A stretch of DNA of 64,000 nt from positions 48,362,001 to 48,426,000 of the forward strand of contig OZ076413.1 in NCBI GenBank assembly GCA_964187785.1. The letters are read 5' to 3'. This stretch comes from Amphiscolops sp. MND2022. Lineage: Eukaryota. Below, one piece after another: positions 25,501 to 39,523 of this stretch; position 1 is the stretch's first letter, and each line of letters begins with the position of its first letter. Under the pieces are notes generated by a model, which saw only the letters and a list, made by a program, of their open reading frames with translations, had not been told where the DNA came from and searched no databases. The translations under genes were made by a program, and so were the position numbers.

Positions 25501-27885
25501 TTCGATGATCCTCTCTGATTCAAGATTCTCAAATGAATACCTAAAACTGGAGAAATTGTTGTCACTGCGCAGCGCACCACTTGTGTCACTTCGACGATCT
25601 GACACTAGACTGTCAGTCCTCACTGTTCTTTTGCCTTTGACCTCTCTCATCTTTGAGTCGACTCCACTGCCAGGCCCAATACTTAAGGCTCCAGCCTTAG
25701 CAATCAATTTCACCATCATGTCACAAGATGTCCTAACGGACTCGACGGCAACTACTTTCAAGTCGCTCCTGTTTTGATCCTCCGTGAAAGCGACGTAGGG
25801 TGGCCCTTGGGAAAATTGCACTGTTCAGTGTTGGAGAAGAACTCTTCAGTCAGGGCCCTACCCCTAGGCCTTAATGTGGTAACTTTCCACGTCGAAGGAA
25901 GTCCAACTGGCTCAAAAGCACTATCTGAACTGCCAGCATCTAAAAGAGGATTCCGAGACGTTAAGTTCAATGCTTGAACAATTGTAGACCCTGCTGGATT
26001 TGTAACGGAGTCAGCGTCTGTTCCCATTTCTACCACTGAGCTACTGAAAGCACGTTGGTGATCATGCCTAACTGGATCCTCTAGTTTAACAGACGAGTGG
26101 ACGAGTGGGTCCTTGGCGGTTTTGAGGGAAATTTGAGAGCCCAATTCAGACTGAGGACGACCTTCATGTTTTACTACACTGCCAATTCTAAGCCTCTTGC
26201 TAGCCCTTCATCCTGAATTCGCTTCACCATGGATTTCACTCTGTGGTCGGTTTCCTAAGAAGGTAACAACCGTTTGAGGGGAATGCCAAGTCCAGGTTCA
26301 CGCTGGAAGTTAGTTGAAGAGGTAATTGCGATCAGTTCACTCTCACTCTCCCTCAATGAAGGGAGTTGTTCTTCGGGCTCAGTTAGACCTGTTGTGCCCT
26401 TTCTAATGCTCTCCACTTTTCGTACAGCATACGCTTGTAGACTTTCTTCTGAACTGCTGGTCTCCGAGGCGAATCAGGAATGGCGAACAGTCTGGAGACT
26501 GTGGCATTTGGACGTTGGGCACACCGTCGTAGAACTAATAACGGCTGGTGGCACGCCAGTGTCAAGCCCTGTTAGCGAACTGTGTGATGACGAGCGTTCC
26601 AATCCCACTTGGGAGGAGTCCAGGAGAATGCGACTCAGTTTGAGAGCATGAGTGTCATACTCGGATCAGGCGGAATTGGACTGGAAGTCACAGCAGCGTC
26701 ATTAGAGGCAGTACTGTTGGAATTTTCGCCTGTATTATGGACCTCTGGTAGAGTTTGATTCGGTTGGCCGTTTGTTTCATTTCCTAACTAGAAAGGAATA
26801 AATTCGCGCAGTTCATTTCCTGCAAATATATCCATCTTACCGCGTTGCAAAACTTCCGGATGCAAAGTTCATTTCATTCAACTTAGGTTGAAAACATTTC
26901 ACGATGGAGGAAGTAAAAGTAGTCAAACCTAAACCCTAATCAAGTTTAAACAAGACAAAGTCTGAAAAACCTCTCTGATGTTATTTCCATGACGGAAGAC
27001 AGAATTTTTTGTCTCAAACGCTTCGAAGAAAAGCAGGAACGCTGTCCTAGGACCCAGAGGAGATTCTTTCTTCTTACCAAGAGATTGCAACAGCACTTTT
27101 GTTAGCTGCTATGGAATGTCGCTATGTAGACGTCAGGCCCCAATCAGTAACGAATTTGAATAATAAAAAGTCAGGACAGGCAATTGTAATGATGGTGTGT
27201 CTTTGGACGTAAGGTACTGCCGGACACAGAAATAAGGATTTATAGTATTTTAAATTTGTCCTGATTTTAAGTTTTACTTTACTTAGAAAACTGACTGCTT
27301 ACTGAGACGTAAAAGATACGAAGAAGTTTAACTACCTACACTTGTAATGGACGTCGTGGTCTACAAATTAGCACCCTCTTTTATGATTACTTACTACTTA
27401 TCTCATTTATCCCTAGTACCATTACCTAATCATAATCACTTTTACCATGGATGAAACCTCCCAGTGGAATTCATGCCTTTTACTTCATCTCATAAATTAG
27501 TTTGTTTCGTAGATTAGTATTTACTCAAATGAAAATGCCATTTTTATTTACTTTCATATCAGATTTTAATCTTTCATTCATCAACGCAACCTAATTGGCC
27601 ACTTCAGTTGATGTAGCCATGCGGACCGAATGTCTTTAGTGGTGTTATTATATACCGATAGTTAGTGATGATAAACACTTGTAGAGGTGACTAACACCTC
27701 TTTGGCTATTACATAAATAGATCAAAAGGCACTTGTGGGTCTGATAACTCAGGTTAGGACTCGTCAACAAAAATGTGAAAAGGCGTATTTTACCTAAATG
27801 GAAATTTTATGGAAAATTACGAGAAACTTTTGACAATGTTCCCCGCCTAAAAATTTCCCGCGAAACGAGGAAAGACCCAAAGTCC
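22587..27885 (+). mobile_element. Inverted partial copy of the 3' internal region of element D
   Basis: Reverse complement of 29232-34558 with scattered substitutions and small indels; begins with the last pol codons GAT GAA TGC AGA TAC TAG. Confidence 0.95.
22787..26990 (-). pseudogene. BED-finger / hAT-like spliced gene, copy in the inverted arm
   Basis: CQICEANISIYGKGAREIPRHHSTEKHL near 25110-25200; ORFs 24179-24718, 23945-24166 and 23083-23664 are successive exon remnants. Limits approximate. Confidence 0.7.
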
Positions 27886-27887
27886 TT

Positions 27888-28394
27888 CTTAAGTACAGTA
27901 CTAGCACCTGCCACGAAGTAATTCAACCGAGGTGGGCTACAAGTCCGTGTGGCTACATCATACAATTACAATTGCTCCAATTTGATTGGACAATTAAATC
28001 AGGACAGCGAGTACATTGAGTTAAAGTAGAAGCCTACTCGAACTCGTTTCCTAATTGCGATTGATTGCTAACCGTTTGCCAAACCTTTACATTGATTTAT
28101 CTTACAAATCGACATTCCGTCAACTAACTGCAGGTCAACAAAATCAGGCACAGATAGTAACACACTAAGTTTTGCTCTTATTATCTAAAATAAAAATATT
28201 CCTGAGGCCGTGAAGACCAATGGTCTTTCACGGTAAAGTTCAAAGGAATATAAGTAGCAACAAAATTACATGTGGTTTATGATACTTTCGATCCTTGTTA
28301 GTTTAAATGGGGAGCACCCCTGGAGGTGGGTTAGAATTGTCTCCTACCAGTGAATTTTGGTAAAGATTACCGTCACAAGCGGCAGCCTGCGACA
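27888..28394 (-). repeat. 3' LTR of D, U3 portion only (truncated at the inversion junction)
   Basis: Starts TGTCGCAGGCTGCC; matches 41614-42117. Confidence 0.85.
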
Positions 28395-29162
28395 CACCCA
28401 TGTGGATGAAAAGTACTGTGCCCTGATCAATTCTAGCTAAATAAGCACTACGTCGTCTTTGTTGATCATTGTAGCTCTCCCAACGATAGGTAGCTGACTC
28501 TAAGTATCCCAGAACAGGTACTTCTTTCACTTGCTCATAGCTTCTTCCGCAAACTATGCAATCACCACATTGAGCTTGGTTTGGTTGTCCACTTTGTGAC
28601 GCTATGCGGACCTTCAGTCAATGTATTTGCGAGTTTGGTTGGAGCGGCAGATGAGTCGGCATTGGCGTTGCGTAGTCCTAGGCGTTGTGAGTTGGACCCT
28701 GTTTGTGGGGTGGAGGAGACAAAGGCGTGTCAACCAAAGGTGTTAGCTTACTGCAGTGCTTAATAGGCAGGCTACTACTCTGGGTCGCTGTACTAGGCCC
28801 TGCTCCCATATCCAGTGGATAAGCCTGTCAGCCTGGCTGACCACCAAGTGCAACATGCTGTCAAAATCTTCCCAAGGAAAGTCAGGGTGATTATCGTTGG
28901 CGCAGTCTGATATGTCCACCGACATTTTGGGTCCCGCAACTAGTCCTTCTGGTTGAATAGGCACTTGCCGGTAACACGCAATCACCTCTATATCGCTGTC
29001 ATCTGAGGTGCTACTTAAAACTTCCACGGACTGTATGTCTACGTCCATTTCTTCATCAGACGAGTAGTAGCTGGGGCTCACAGGAGGAGCAGAGAGATCG
29101 TCCAAATGGAATTGCAGATTCTTTCCCTTTTTGTATCGATTTAAGAAGAGTTTTTTAAACAA
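28303..29162 (-). pseudogene. ORF-X of D: acidic N-terminus, C-terminal CxxC domain, ends inside the LTR
   Basis: GDCIVCGRSYEQVKEVPVLGYLESATYRWESYNDQQRRRSAYL...GVSQAAACDG; homologous to 59187-60152. Confidence 0.7.
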
Positions 29163-30128
29163 TTTCCAAGGATCGATTGAACAACTGAATTTCGCAGTGA
29201 AGTTTCATAGAATGATGTCCTCTCGCCCAACGGACTTTGGGTCTTTCCTCGTTTCGCGGGAAAACTTTAGCCGGGGAACATTGTCAGAAGTTTCCCGTAA
29301 TTTTCCGTATAATTTCCATTTAGGTAAAACTTGCCTTTTCACATTTTTGTTGACGAGTCCTAACCTGAGTTATCAGACCCTCAAGTGCCTTTTGATCTAT
29401 TTATGTAATCGCCAAAGAGGTGTTAGTCACCTCTACAAGTGTTTATCATCACTAACTATCGGTATATAATAACACCATCAAAGACATTCGGTCCGCATGG
29501 CTACATCAACTGAATTGGCTAATTAGGTTGCGTTGATGAATGAAAGATTAAAATCTGATATTAAAATAATTAAAAATGGCAGTTTCATTTGAGTAAATAC
29601 TAATCTCCGAAGCAAACTAATCTATGAGATGAAGTAAAAGGAATGAATTCCACTGGCAGGTTCCATCCATGGTAAAAGTGATTATGATTAGGTAATGGTA
29701 CTAGGGATAAATGAGATAAGTAGTAAGTAATCATAAAAGAGGGTGCTAATTTGTAGACCACGACGTCCATTACAAGTGTAGGTAGTTAAACTTCTTCGTA
29801 TCGTTTACGTCTCAGTAAGCAGTCAGTTTTCTAAGTAGAGTGAACCTTATAATTCAGGACAAATTTAAAATACTATAAATCCTTATTTCTGTGTCTGGCA
29901 GTACTTTACGTCCAAAGACACACCATCATTACAATTGCCTGTCCTGACTTTTTATTATTCAAATTCGTTACTGATTGGGGCCTGACGTCTACATAGCGAC
30001 ACTCCATAGCAGTTAACAAAAGTGCTGTTGCAATCTCTTGGTAAGAAGAAAGAATCTCCTCTGGGTCCTAGGACAGCGTTCCTGCTTTTCTTCGGAGAGT
30101 TTGAGACAAAAAATTTCTGTCTTCCGTC

Positions 30129-33100
30129 ATGGAAATAACATCAGAGAGGATTTTCAGACGTTGTCTTGTTTCAACTTGATCAGGATTTAGGTTTGACTAC
30201 TTTAACTTCCTCCATCGTGAAATGTTTTCAACCTACGTTGAATGAAATGAACTTTGCTTCCGGAAGTTTTGCAACGCGGTAAGATGGATATATTTGCAGG
30301 AAACGAAACGCGCGAATTTATTCCTTTCTAGTTAGGAAATGAAACAAACGGCCAACCGAATCAAACTCTACCAGAGGTCTATAATACAGGCGGAAATTCC
30401 AACAGTACTGCCTCTAATGACGCTGCTGTGACTTCCAGTCCAATTCCTCCTGATCCGAGTATGACACTCATGCTCTCAAACTGAGTCGCATTCTCCTGGA
30501 CTCCTCCCAAGTGGGATTGAGATATTGGAACGCTCGTCATCACACAGTTCGCTAACAGGGCTTGATACTGGCGTGCCACCAGCCATTATTAGTTCTACGA
30601 CGGTGTGCCCAACGTCCAAATGCCACAGTCTCCAGACTGTTCGCCATCCCTGATTCGCCTCGGAGACCAGCAGTTCAGAAGAAAGTCTACAAGCGTATGC
30701 TGTACGAAAAGTGGAGAGCATTAGAAAGGGCACAACAGGTCTAACTGAGCCCGAAGAACAACTCCCTTCATTGAGGGAGAGTGAGAGTGAACTGATCGCA
30801 ATTACCTCTTCAACTAACTTCCAGCGTGAACCTGGACTTGGCATTCCCCTCCAACGGTTGTTACCTTCTTAGGAAACCGACCACAGAGTGAAATCCATGG
30901 TGAAGCGAATTCAGGATGAAGGGCTAGCAAGAGGCTTAGAATTGGCAGTGTAGTAAAACATGAAGGTCGTCCTCAGTCTGAATTGGACTCTCAAATTTCC
31001 CTCAAAACCGCCAAGGACCCACTCGTCCACTCGTCTGTTAAACTAGAGGATCCAGTTAGGCATGATCACCAACGTGCTTTCAGTAGCTCAGTGGTAGAAA
31101 CGGGAACAGACGCTGACTCCGTTACAAATCCAGCAGGGTCTACAATTGTTCAAGCATTGAACTTAACGGCTCGGAATCCTCTTTTAGATGCTGGCAGTTC
31201 AGATAGTGCTTTTGAGCCAGTTGGACTTCCTTCGACGTGGAAAGTTACCACATTAAGGTCTAGCGGTAGGGCCCTGACTGGAGAGTTCTTCTCCAACACT
31301 GAACAGTGCAGTTTCCCCTAGGGCCACCCTGCGTCGCTTTCACGGAGGATCAAAACAGGAGCGACTTGAAAGTAGTTGCCGTCGAGTCCGTTAGGACATC
31401 TTGTGACATGATGGTGAAGTTGATTGCTAAGGCTGGAGCCTTAAGTATTGGGCCTGGCAGTGGAGTCGACTCAAAAATGAGAGAGGTCAAAGGCAAAAGA
31501 ACAGTGAGGACTGACAGTCTAGTGTCAGATCGTCGAAGTGACACAAGTGGTGCGCTGCGCAGTGACGACAATTTCTCCAGTATTAGGTATTCATTTGAGA
31601 ATCTTGAATCAGAGAGGATCATCGAACCCCCCAGGAACATGCACGGAGCATCTTGCAACTACGAGAACCTTCAGGCTGATCCGGGTTCGTTTGATGCTGA
31701 TTGGCCCGGAGGATAGACACTTCTTTAAAAGCTGAAGCCCTGGATGAAGAGAATAAAATCTTACGGAATCGTTGTGGATGGTTTGCCACTAGTTCTAGAG
31801 GAACTGGGACTTGAAGGAAAATAACTCGATCAAGCAATATAATGAAGGAAGCATATTTTAACGGAATGGAGTGGACGCGAACTTTCGAATTTGGTCCAGT
31901 ACACCCATGGAGGAATCCGTAAAAATTCTTCTGCCAGATATGTGAGGCAAATATTTCAATTTACGGGAAAGGCGCCCGAGAGATCCCCCGACACCACTCC
32001 ACCGAGAAACATCTTGAAAAGGATAAAAGGAATGTAGAGATATGAATATTTATATACTGTCAACCCTGTCACACGCACAAAGATACATCCAGTCGCGGCA
32101 AAGATGGGAAGTTGTTGAGCCCAAACCAATTGGAACTGGAGTTGTCGAACTTTATAGATGTCGAACTCGTAGAAATAGGTCAGAAGTTACCGTTCTACGA
32201 CGAGTACATGGCCGTATAGACTAAATAAGTCTTGAAATCTTTTTGGAGCGACGTTGGGGTCGTCGTCAACCATCAGGCCCTTTTTACCGATTTCAATTGG
32301 GTGTAAGAACGTTTTAGTGTAAGTAGTTGTTTGATTTTTATATTAGTTGCCTTTGTACGTAAACCTGCAGTCCTGGCGACGCTAATAAGCCTTTCCTTGA
32401 CGTTGTTTGGACATGTTTCAGGTGTAATTCCACCATGTGTTCTTACAACTCGTGACTGACATTGCCAAGCATGTTAACTCGAACCGGGAGTACGCTGTTG
32501 AGTTCGGAGTCGAAGAGGTCTTGCTTCTCGTCTTTATCCGAAATTGGCAAGATGATCAACTCTGACGTGTCTTCTTGAAGCGAACCAGTCGTCTGCAAGG
32601 GCCAGACTAGTGCCGAGATCTGCCTGATATCATACCTCAAGGGAGTGCTGTCGACAAGTCCATCTCTGATAAGTTGTACAGGTTGCAGTGCCCGAACTAT
32701 TCAGTTGATTGATCAGAGTCCCTACAGCAACTTTGGCGTTCAACGTCCACCACGTTTTGACGACTTACACGACTTACAGCAGTTGATGCACAAGAAGTCC
32801 AGTAGTGTCTTTGGCAGAATAGACTTCTTTTCTGTGCTGAAGTATCTGATCATCTCGCTTGGAGGCTGTTTAGAACTGGATTGGGTTCTACTATTCCCTG
32901 AACTTTCCAAGGTAGGTAATGTCTTTTCATCTCGTCAACCGACCTAATTTCTAAATTTCATGGTGTTGAGATTTGTATGCTTTTCAATTACCAGTAAAAC
33001 ACCTTTCCATGTTCTTTTCCAGGCGATCCGAACTTGTCAACTGGACATAAACGAACTGCCAGCGCTGTGTCAGGAACTCATTGACAATTGGTCCAAAGTG

Positions 33101-34358
33101 ACGTCATACCTGAGTAAATACGCTCCCAAACCAGGAATGCAAGTTGTACGCAAAGAAGTAATAATGCCACTTTTGGTCTAGCCGAAGTGACCATGGGTCC
33201 AGTTTCTATTAATTCCGTTCATTTTAGCCTCAAAACCTGGAGTAGTCAATTGTGCACGATGACTTATTCCATAGCAAACTGGAGCTATTTTACCGCCTTG
33301 TACGGAACTGTGAGTAGGTTTTGTTGTTTTTGTGATTGAGATCCTCAATTTTTTCTCAAAAATTGTCCTATTAAGACACTGCAAGCTTCACCCTGAACCT
33401 CAAGTCCTGACGTGATCGCGGCTTCCACACATACAAGATGCTCTGCCAGTTCTCACTGAAATTGGGACTAAGGTGCATTCGACCAATGACTTCAGGGCGA
33501 TCCAATAACAGTAGAGGACTTCATCATCCGATGACGACTCCATCATCCGAGTCTCGATGAGTTCACAGCCAAGAACCGTGAGGAATTCGGACGTTTAGGT
33601 AGAGGTTACGTAGCCAACCTGCTTACCGCTACTAAAGGGCTAACGCGCTTCACATTCGATATTGTAAGAGGCCTAGGTTCATTCGACGTCAAAATCCTGC
33701 TAGTGGATGCAATTGAACAAGCGACTTATTGCTTCAAGAAGCTGTTTTCCAGTTTTAAGCTACGAGGAGTCTTTCAGTCAGACGAAGAGATCATATATTT
33801 GAACTAATGTTTATCTTTCATAGATGAATTGCGCAAGAGCCATCCAGAAGTACAACAGCCTAAAATGTTGATAGCTGATGCTGTTGAGTTCATTTCCCAA
33901 CAGGATGCACTGAAGTCCCGACGTTATTTAACGCAAATATTCCATTTGAGTTGCCTTGGTCTGGATGAGCCACGTTTTATCTTTCCGGCTGTCAGATTTG
34001 GCTCAGATTTGTCAGATTTGCAGTACAAACAGACAACCCAACTTGCCCTGTATTTGATGTAGTCGCTCCTGCTCAATCCTATTTTGGTACCGTATCCCGA
34101 GGACTTGAATCTCTCGTGTCTGAGCCTTCTATCGCACGCTTTCTGAGTCTGGAGGCGACCTTTGGTACTTCTGGCCTCAGCAACACATACAGTCCCTGAG
34201 ACGTACTTGATTTCTTTGGGCAAGACCGGATAAGATATGCTCTCAACAGCCATTCCCAAGCGCAACTCAAGGTCACATTTAAAGATCCTCCTGGTCAGTC
34301 CGCTTCTAGTAAGTCTGGAAAAACTCCTCAACACCCCAAGAAGTTCTGTAATTTTTAA
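30129..34358 (+). pseudogene. Antisense spliced BED-finger / hAT-like gene inside element D
   Basis: BED-like CQIC...H...H near 31930-32015; donor GTAGGT 32912, acceptor TTCCAG 33022, donor GTGAGT 33310; AATAAA 34382; convergent with the pol stop at 34540. 5' limit approximate. Confidence 0.72.
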
Positions 34359-34539
34359 TTGTACCATATGTACAATTGTAGAATAAAATCCTTTTTGTGT
34401 TGCATAAACTTCTGATGGCTTCTTTTGATTGATTTAGTTTTCATTGTTTGTATTCATTGGGTTTTCTGTCTAGCAGTCAAGTCCCGCATAAATTCTTGTA
34501 TTTATTTATTAGTAATGGGACAGTATTTTAAGTATCTGG

Positions 34540-37500
34540 CTAAAATCTGCATTCATCAGTGAAGTTGGGGTGGGGTTAGGACGAAGGTTGTATTTTCTTC
34601 CCCTAGGACGTTTCATTTTCTACAATCTTATCATCGTTTTCATCGACTAATTCTACGGGCACGATTAGTATCTCCCTCCTGATGATTGTTGATTATCCAT
34701 TTGGTCATCCGTGCAATCTGAGTGTGTTTTTTTCAGTTGAATCAAATTCATCATTTTGGTTTGGCCCGGTAGACCTAAGGTCCAGGTCGGTGAAAATTTC
34801 GCCTGGCGGGCTGGCGTCGTCCACGAGACTATTAAAAGTGTCTGTGGCATCTAGACGCGTAGGAAGTGTGACTTCTTCGGTGGAATTGGGAAATTCTCCA
34901 AAATTGGTTTCCCACGTGATGGCGTACAGGTTGTCCAGCGGAATATTAAATTCATTGTCCGGTTGTATGTTGCCTTCCGGTCTAATGTCTTGTTGGACGG
35001 TGTTTGGTTCGTATTTACGCAGTCTAATACGATGTATAATTTGCGTTTTGTTGGTTAGACCTTTTCCACAATATAAGGTCCGGTCCATCTGTATTCTCGA
35101 AACGGTCTTTTCGATCCTTGGTGATCAGCGATAGGTTGTAATACGAAAAAAAAACGTTTTGCTTCAAAGGCGCCGCTTTGGCCTTTCGGTCGTAGTATAG
35201 CTTGTATTTCGAATAGGATTGCATGATGTTTTTCTTCGTTGAATCTATCAGTATTTGTGTGCATCGTTGAAATTCATCTGCAACATCTCTAGACGGAAGG
35301 ACCTTCGGGTTTGGATTAAGGCACAATTTGTGATCTAGTTTGTTATATGGAATTCGTCCATGAAAAATTCTGGATGGTTCACAGCCCAGGGTGGCGTGAT
35401 AAGTCGTATTATAATTTAAGACCGCTAAAGGCAAATATTTATGCCATTGTCGCCTGTAGTCCCCTGAGGCCACTTTTATGTTCGCTTTGTGACTAGCGTG
35501 TGTTCGCTCGAGTTTGCCAATTGTTTGCGGGCAATTTGTAGTTGCGCTTTTAAATTGAGCTTTTTCGGCTACCAACTTTGATGTAAAGGCTGTTCCTTTA
35601 TCTGTAATCAAAGTGGTGGGCAAGTAGGTATGCTTGGTCATTATATCAATGATAACCTTTGCCGTATTTGTGGCCGAAGCGTTGGTAAATGGGTAAGCGA
35701 AAAGATATTGAGAAAAGCCGTCCATTGCCGTTATTATATTTTCGTATCCTCCACTTGGGGGCAGTTTAGGTGAAAAATCGATTTGCTTTGCGTCCTCTGG
35801 ACCTAAGTCCCATTCGGGCAGGTTAAGCGATTCAGGCGTGATGGATGAGTTTGGAATTTTTTTGTCTTTTATACAAATTTCGCATACTTGAACCCAATTT
35901 TTAACAATTTTTGCAATACCAAGATAATATTTCTGTCGACTTTGGATAATCTTGGATGTTCCTGGATGTTTACTAGTTTTTCCGTGTAATGATTCAAGCA
36001 GTTCTGGGACTAGATGTTTTGGTAAGAGCACCTGATTGTTTTTGACAGATCCTGTTTCGTCAAAATACTGTCTGGTGATAACTTCAACAGTGACGGACAG
36101 TCGGTCTATTTGGCGACAGTAATGTTGGTAGCGGTTGTCTTGCAATAGGATGGTATCGGAGTAGTTTTTTGAGTCGCAATTGTTGTAAAATGACGTCGTT
36201 GTTTGCTCTACTGCTATAGAGTTGTGTGTGAAAGTTTGTGAAACGTGGAATGTTTGTGATAATCGTTTTTGTGTGTAGTAAATTTTTCGAATGAGATGTC
36301 AGGTAGTTGGTTTTCTGGGTGGTCCCCAGCTTCCTTTTTACGTTGTGAAATTTGCACTTCCGTCTCATCATCGTCCTCCGTATAAAAGATTTGTTCTTCT
36401 TCCGAGACTCCCGCCGATTGGATGTGTAGTTCAATCGGTGTTGTTGGGATGTCTTCCCTAATTCTGAGGATTAGTTTTTCTTTTGCCAGGAAAGTGCGCA
36501 ATCGTGAAATTGAACTGAATAACAACGTAGTCACTTGCATTCTATAGTGTTGGTGGAATGACTTTTGTCTGAAAGAATCGTGTGACGGATTTGTTGTCTG
36601 TAAGAATAATCATCGGTTATGGGGTTCCCCAAAAAATATGTCCAAATTCCTTGAAGGCAAAAAAATTGCCAAGATTTCTTTTGCGTAGATGGACATTTTC
36701 AATTGAGTAGGACTAAATGTCTTGGATCCATAAGCAACTGGTGCGAAAGCTTTCCTCGTGGCAGTATATTTCTCGAGGGGATCGTCTTCGATGAGAAATG
36801 CGTACCTGCGGCTGAAAAGCTGGCGTCCGTCATAAGGTCTTTTTGCTTATTCGGTAGGGGCTGTTTGAGTGCCAGTTCACAACATCGGTCAAGAGCGTTA
36901 TTTATCTCAGTGAAATTTTCCAAGTGGTCCGGTGTTACAAGGACAATTTCGTCTTTAGTTATCAATTTGAAAAACGACGTTAGTTTTTCCAATAGCCTTA
37001 GGATGTAGTTCCGGTATTAGTTTGAAAACTACATCGTACGTACAAATAATGGAGTGCTTTCTTTGATTTCGGGAATTTCGTATTTTCTAAGAAGTTTTGG
37101 ACCCGCGGATTTTGCGGTTTCACTCCAGCAGGCGTGGCGTATGGTATGGACGAGAAAATCAATTTCCGTTGCACCAAAGTGGCATTTATGCATTGTAAGT
37201 TCCAGACCAGCTTTCTGAATGCACTGAAATGTGGCCCTCGGGTTGTCAATAAGTTGTTAGGCGTTGTTGGCAGCAATAACAATATCATCAGCATATTGGG
37301 CACATTGGTCTGCTTTGATGACTTTGTCCAAAAATTCGCGCAAAAAAACTAGAAAAGGCCGATAGGTCTCGACTAAATCCTTGTGCCAATATTGATATGC
37401 GAAGGTTCTGCTGGCAAAACTGAAAGCAAGCATTTTGATGAGCCGCTGGTCAGCCATCTATAGGCAATGGTATGCTTGCGAGCAGTCCAATTTGCAAAAT

Positions 37501-39066
37501 AGTTTTTTCCAGCCATCTGTTGGGCTGCATCTGTGAGTGTACTCACTGGATGGTTGTTGTTTATATAGTCATCCGAAATAAGATTGGTAATTTTAATCAA
37601 CTAAAAGTCGCAGTTTGCCCTTAGGTTTCTTTTGGGCAAATATTGGGCTTGCGTATTTGGAGAATGGGAGTGTTGTGATTATCCAGTAGCGATGTAGTAG
37701 TGCTAATTCCACAAGGATGTTTTCCCTTGAGGTTGATTGGTGTTGGCAAACTCTGACTATAGGCCGGGGAGTCTTCTTTTGGTGTCAATTTGACCTTGAA
37801 GTCCTCGTTCATACCTATGTCAAATCTGTGTCTTGCGAATATATCATGAAATTCAACGAGTAAGTCCTCTAAGCGAGCGATTTCAGCAGGTTGTAGCATA
37901 GAGTCTTTCCAGTCAAAATTAGTCAAAAACTGTTTTCTTGACTCAAGTTCATCCTGAAGATTGAAATTTTCTATTTCTTGGAGGTTGGTTAGTTCGGACA
38001 AAATCCGTTCCTGTACTGGCGGGTGATGCTGGGGGTCCCCAAGGTCCTCTGGTGTGGGAAACCAGTAGTTTTCCTTGAAGTCCTCAGGTTTTGTAGAGTT
38101 AATTAGGCTGCTTGCGTAGTAAGCGACATTCTCAGGGTTATCCTGCATTAGATGACCTGCAACCGGATCTATGGGTTTGACATATTTCACCTGTTCTGGT
38201 GTTAGGACAGTAAAATTAGCGACTTGTGTGCATCTTTTGCGGGTGTACAGACTGTCGGTAAAGTTGTTCAGGTGAACTGATACTTGACCATTGTTCAAAG
38301 TGACTAGAGTAGCTCAGAAGGCAATATCACCATCATCTGTGAGGGTGTTGCTCGAATGAAGGATCCCAGTAACTGTAGTATCTTCGTACAGTTGTGAGGC
38401 CAGCGGGGGCGAGTGTCGTTCATTAGGTGGGATGGTTACATCCTCTCTATTGTAAATGGGTTCCATGACGTTAGTGTATTCGTGATCTGCAGTTTTTAAT
38501 TGCATCGAAAAGAAGGGGAAATTGAGGACGCCTTTTCTCACGTCCAGAATGGTGTTGTTCCGTTGAAGGAAAGAAAGGCCTCTCAGAGGACTGGTAACTT
38601 TAACCATGGAAATCTCGTGAAAATCTATGTGGCCAACTTCAAATTTCAATTGACTGTGCTCTTCGGATTTTCCAGCTGTCCGTTGGCAACCATTATTTGG
38701 AAGTTGGGTACTGTGCCCTCTTTAAAGATGGACTGAGGGGCTAATAGGCGGTTTTTACGTGGATCAGCTTCAAGGATTGCACTAGATAGAGCTCCCGTGT
38801 CCAACAGGCCATCTGAAGTTAAATAGCCGAAATCCATTCGAAAATAGAGCATTCGCCGTTTGTATTTGAGGCCAAGTTTGGTTGTCAGCGGTACATAATC
38901 TGGTTCCCTTGTTCTGGTTACTAGGGTGTTCGCAAAGCGTGCTGCAACGGCTGTAGCCAGGGAGACCTGTGGTCCCACACGGTGAAACTTGTTGTAGCAT
39001 CAAAATGAGGTGGTTGGTAGTTGTGTATTTGACCGTGTGGCCATTGGTCAACTTGGGCGTTTGCAA
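34540..39066 (-). pseudogene. pol: pol of element D
   Basis: LLDTGA, YADD, MTDAS, H..HPG..CEIC, TDKG, GKLER, terminal RKYNLRPNP; many frameshifts. Confidence 0.93.
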
Positions 39067-39523
39067 GGACTGTATTCAGAGCTTGGCCTGTTTCGTAAGA
39101 ATCGAGGTCTACGTCCTGATCTGGTTTGTTATATATGTTGTAAAAAACAGATGGTATTGATTGTATGTATTAGCGTCTCAATAGGGGTCAAGCTATAATC
39201 AGGGTCAGGATAAAATGGGTTACAGTCATCAATGAGGGGTACAAGTCGTGTAGTGAAAGTATCGTGTTGTAGTCTGTTGGACATACGGTCCAAGGTGGTG
39301 GAGTAGGTCAGTGGAGTTGCCATCTGCTGCTGCCAGTCAGCTGATGATGTTTCCTTAAGTGATGTGTAGTATTCAGTGTAATATATGTTTGAAAGATCAG
39401 AAATTATATACTGTCTGGCTCGGATATTTTCATTTATTTGGGGTCGTGGCAAATCTAATTTTTTGGGTTTTTCAGAATGGAAGTTGTTTGTTTATTGGGT
39501 CGCCCCATCAGTTTTAGGATCCT

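Noticed and set aside
22778..26651. Plus-strand ORFs in the left arm and their mirrors in the right arm
   Set aside because: Shadow frames opposite the BED/hAT-like gene; duplicated only because the DNA is duplicated.
22587..34558. A single giant-TIR DNA transposon (Foldback or Polinton-like)
   Set aside because: No TSD; the arm terminus is the end of Gypsy pol and continues seamlessly into integrase on the right; the spacer is LTR plus ORF-X.
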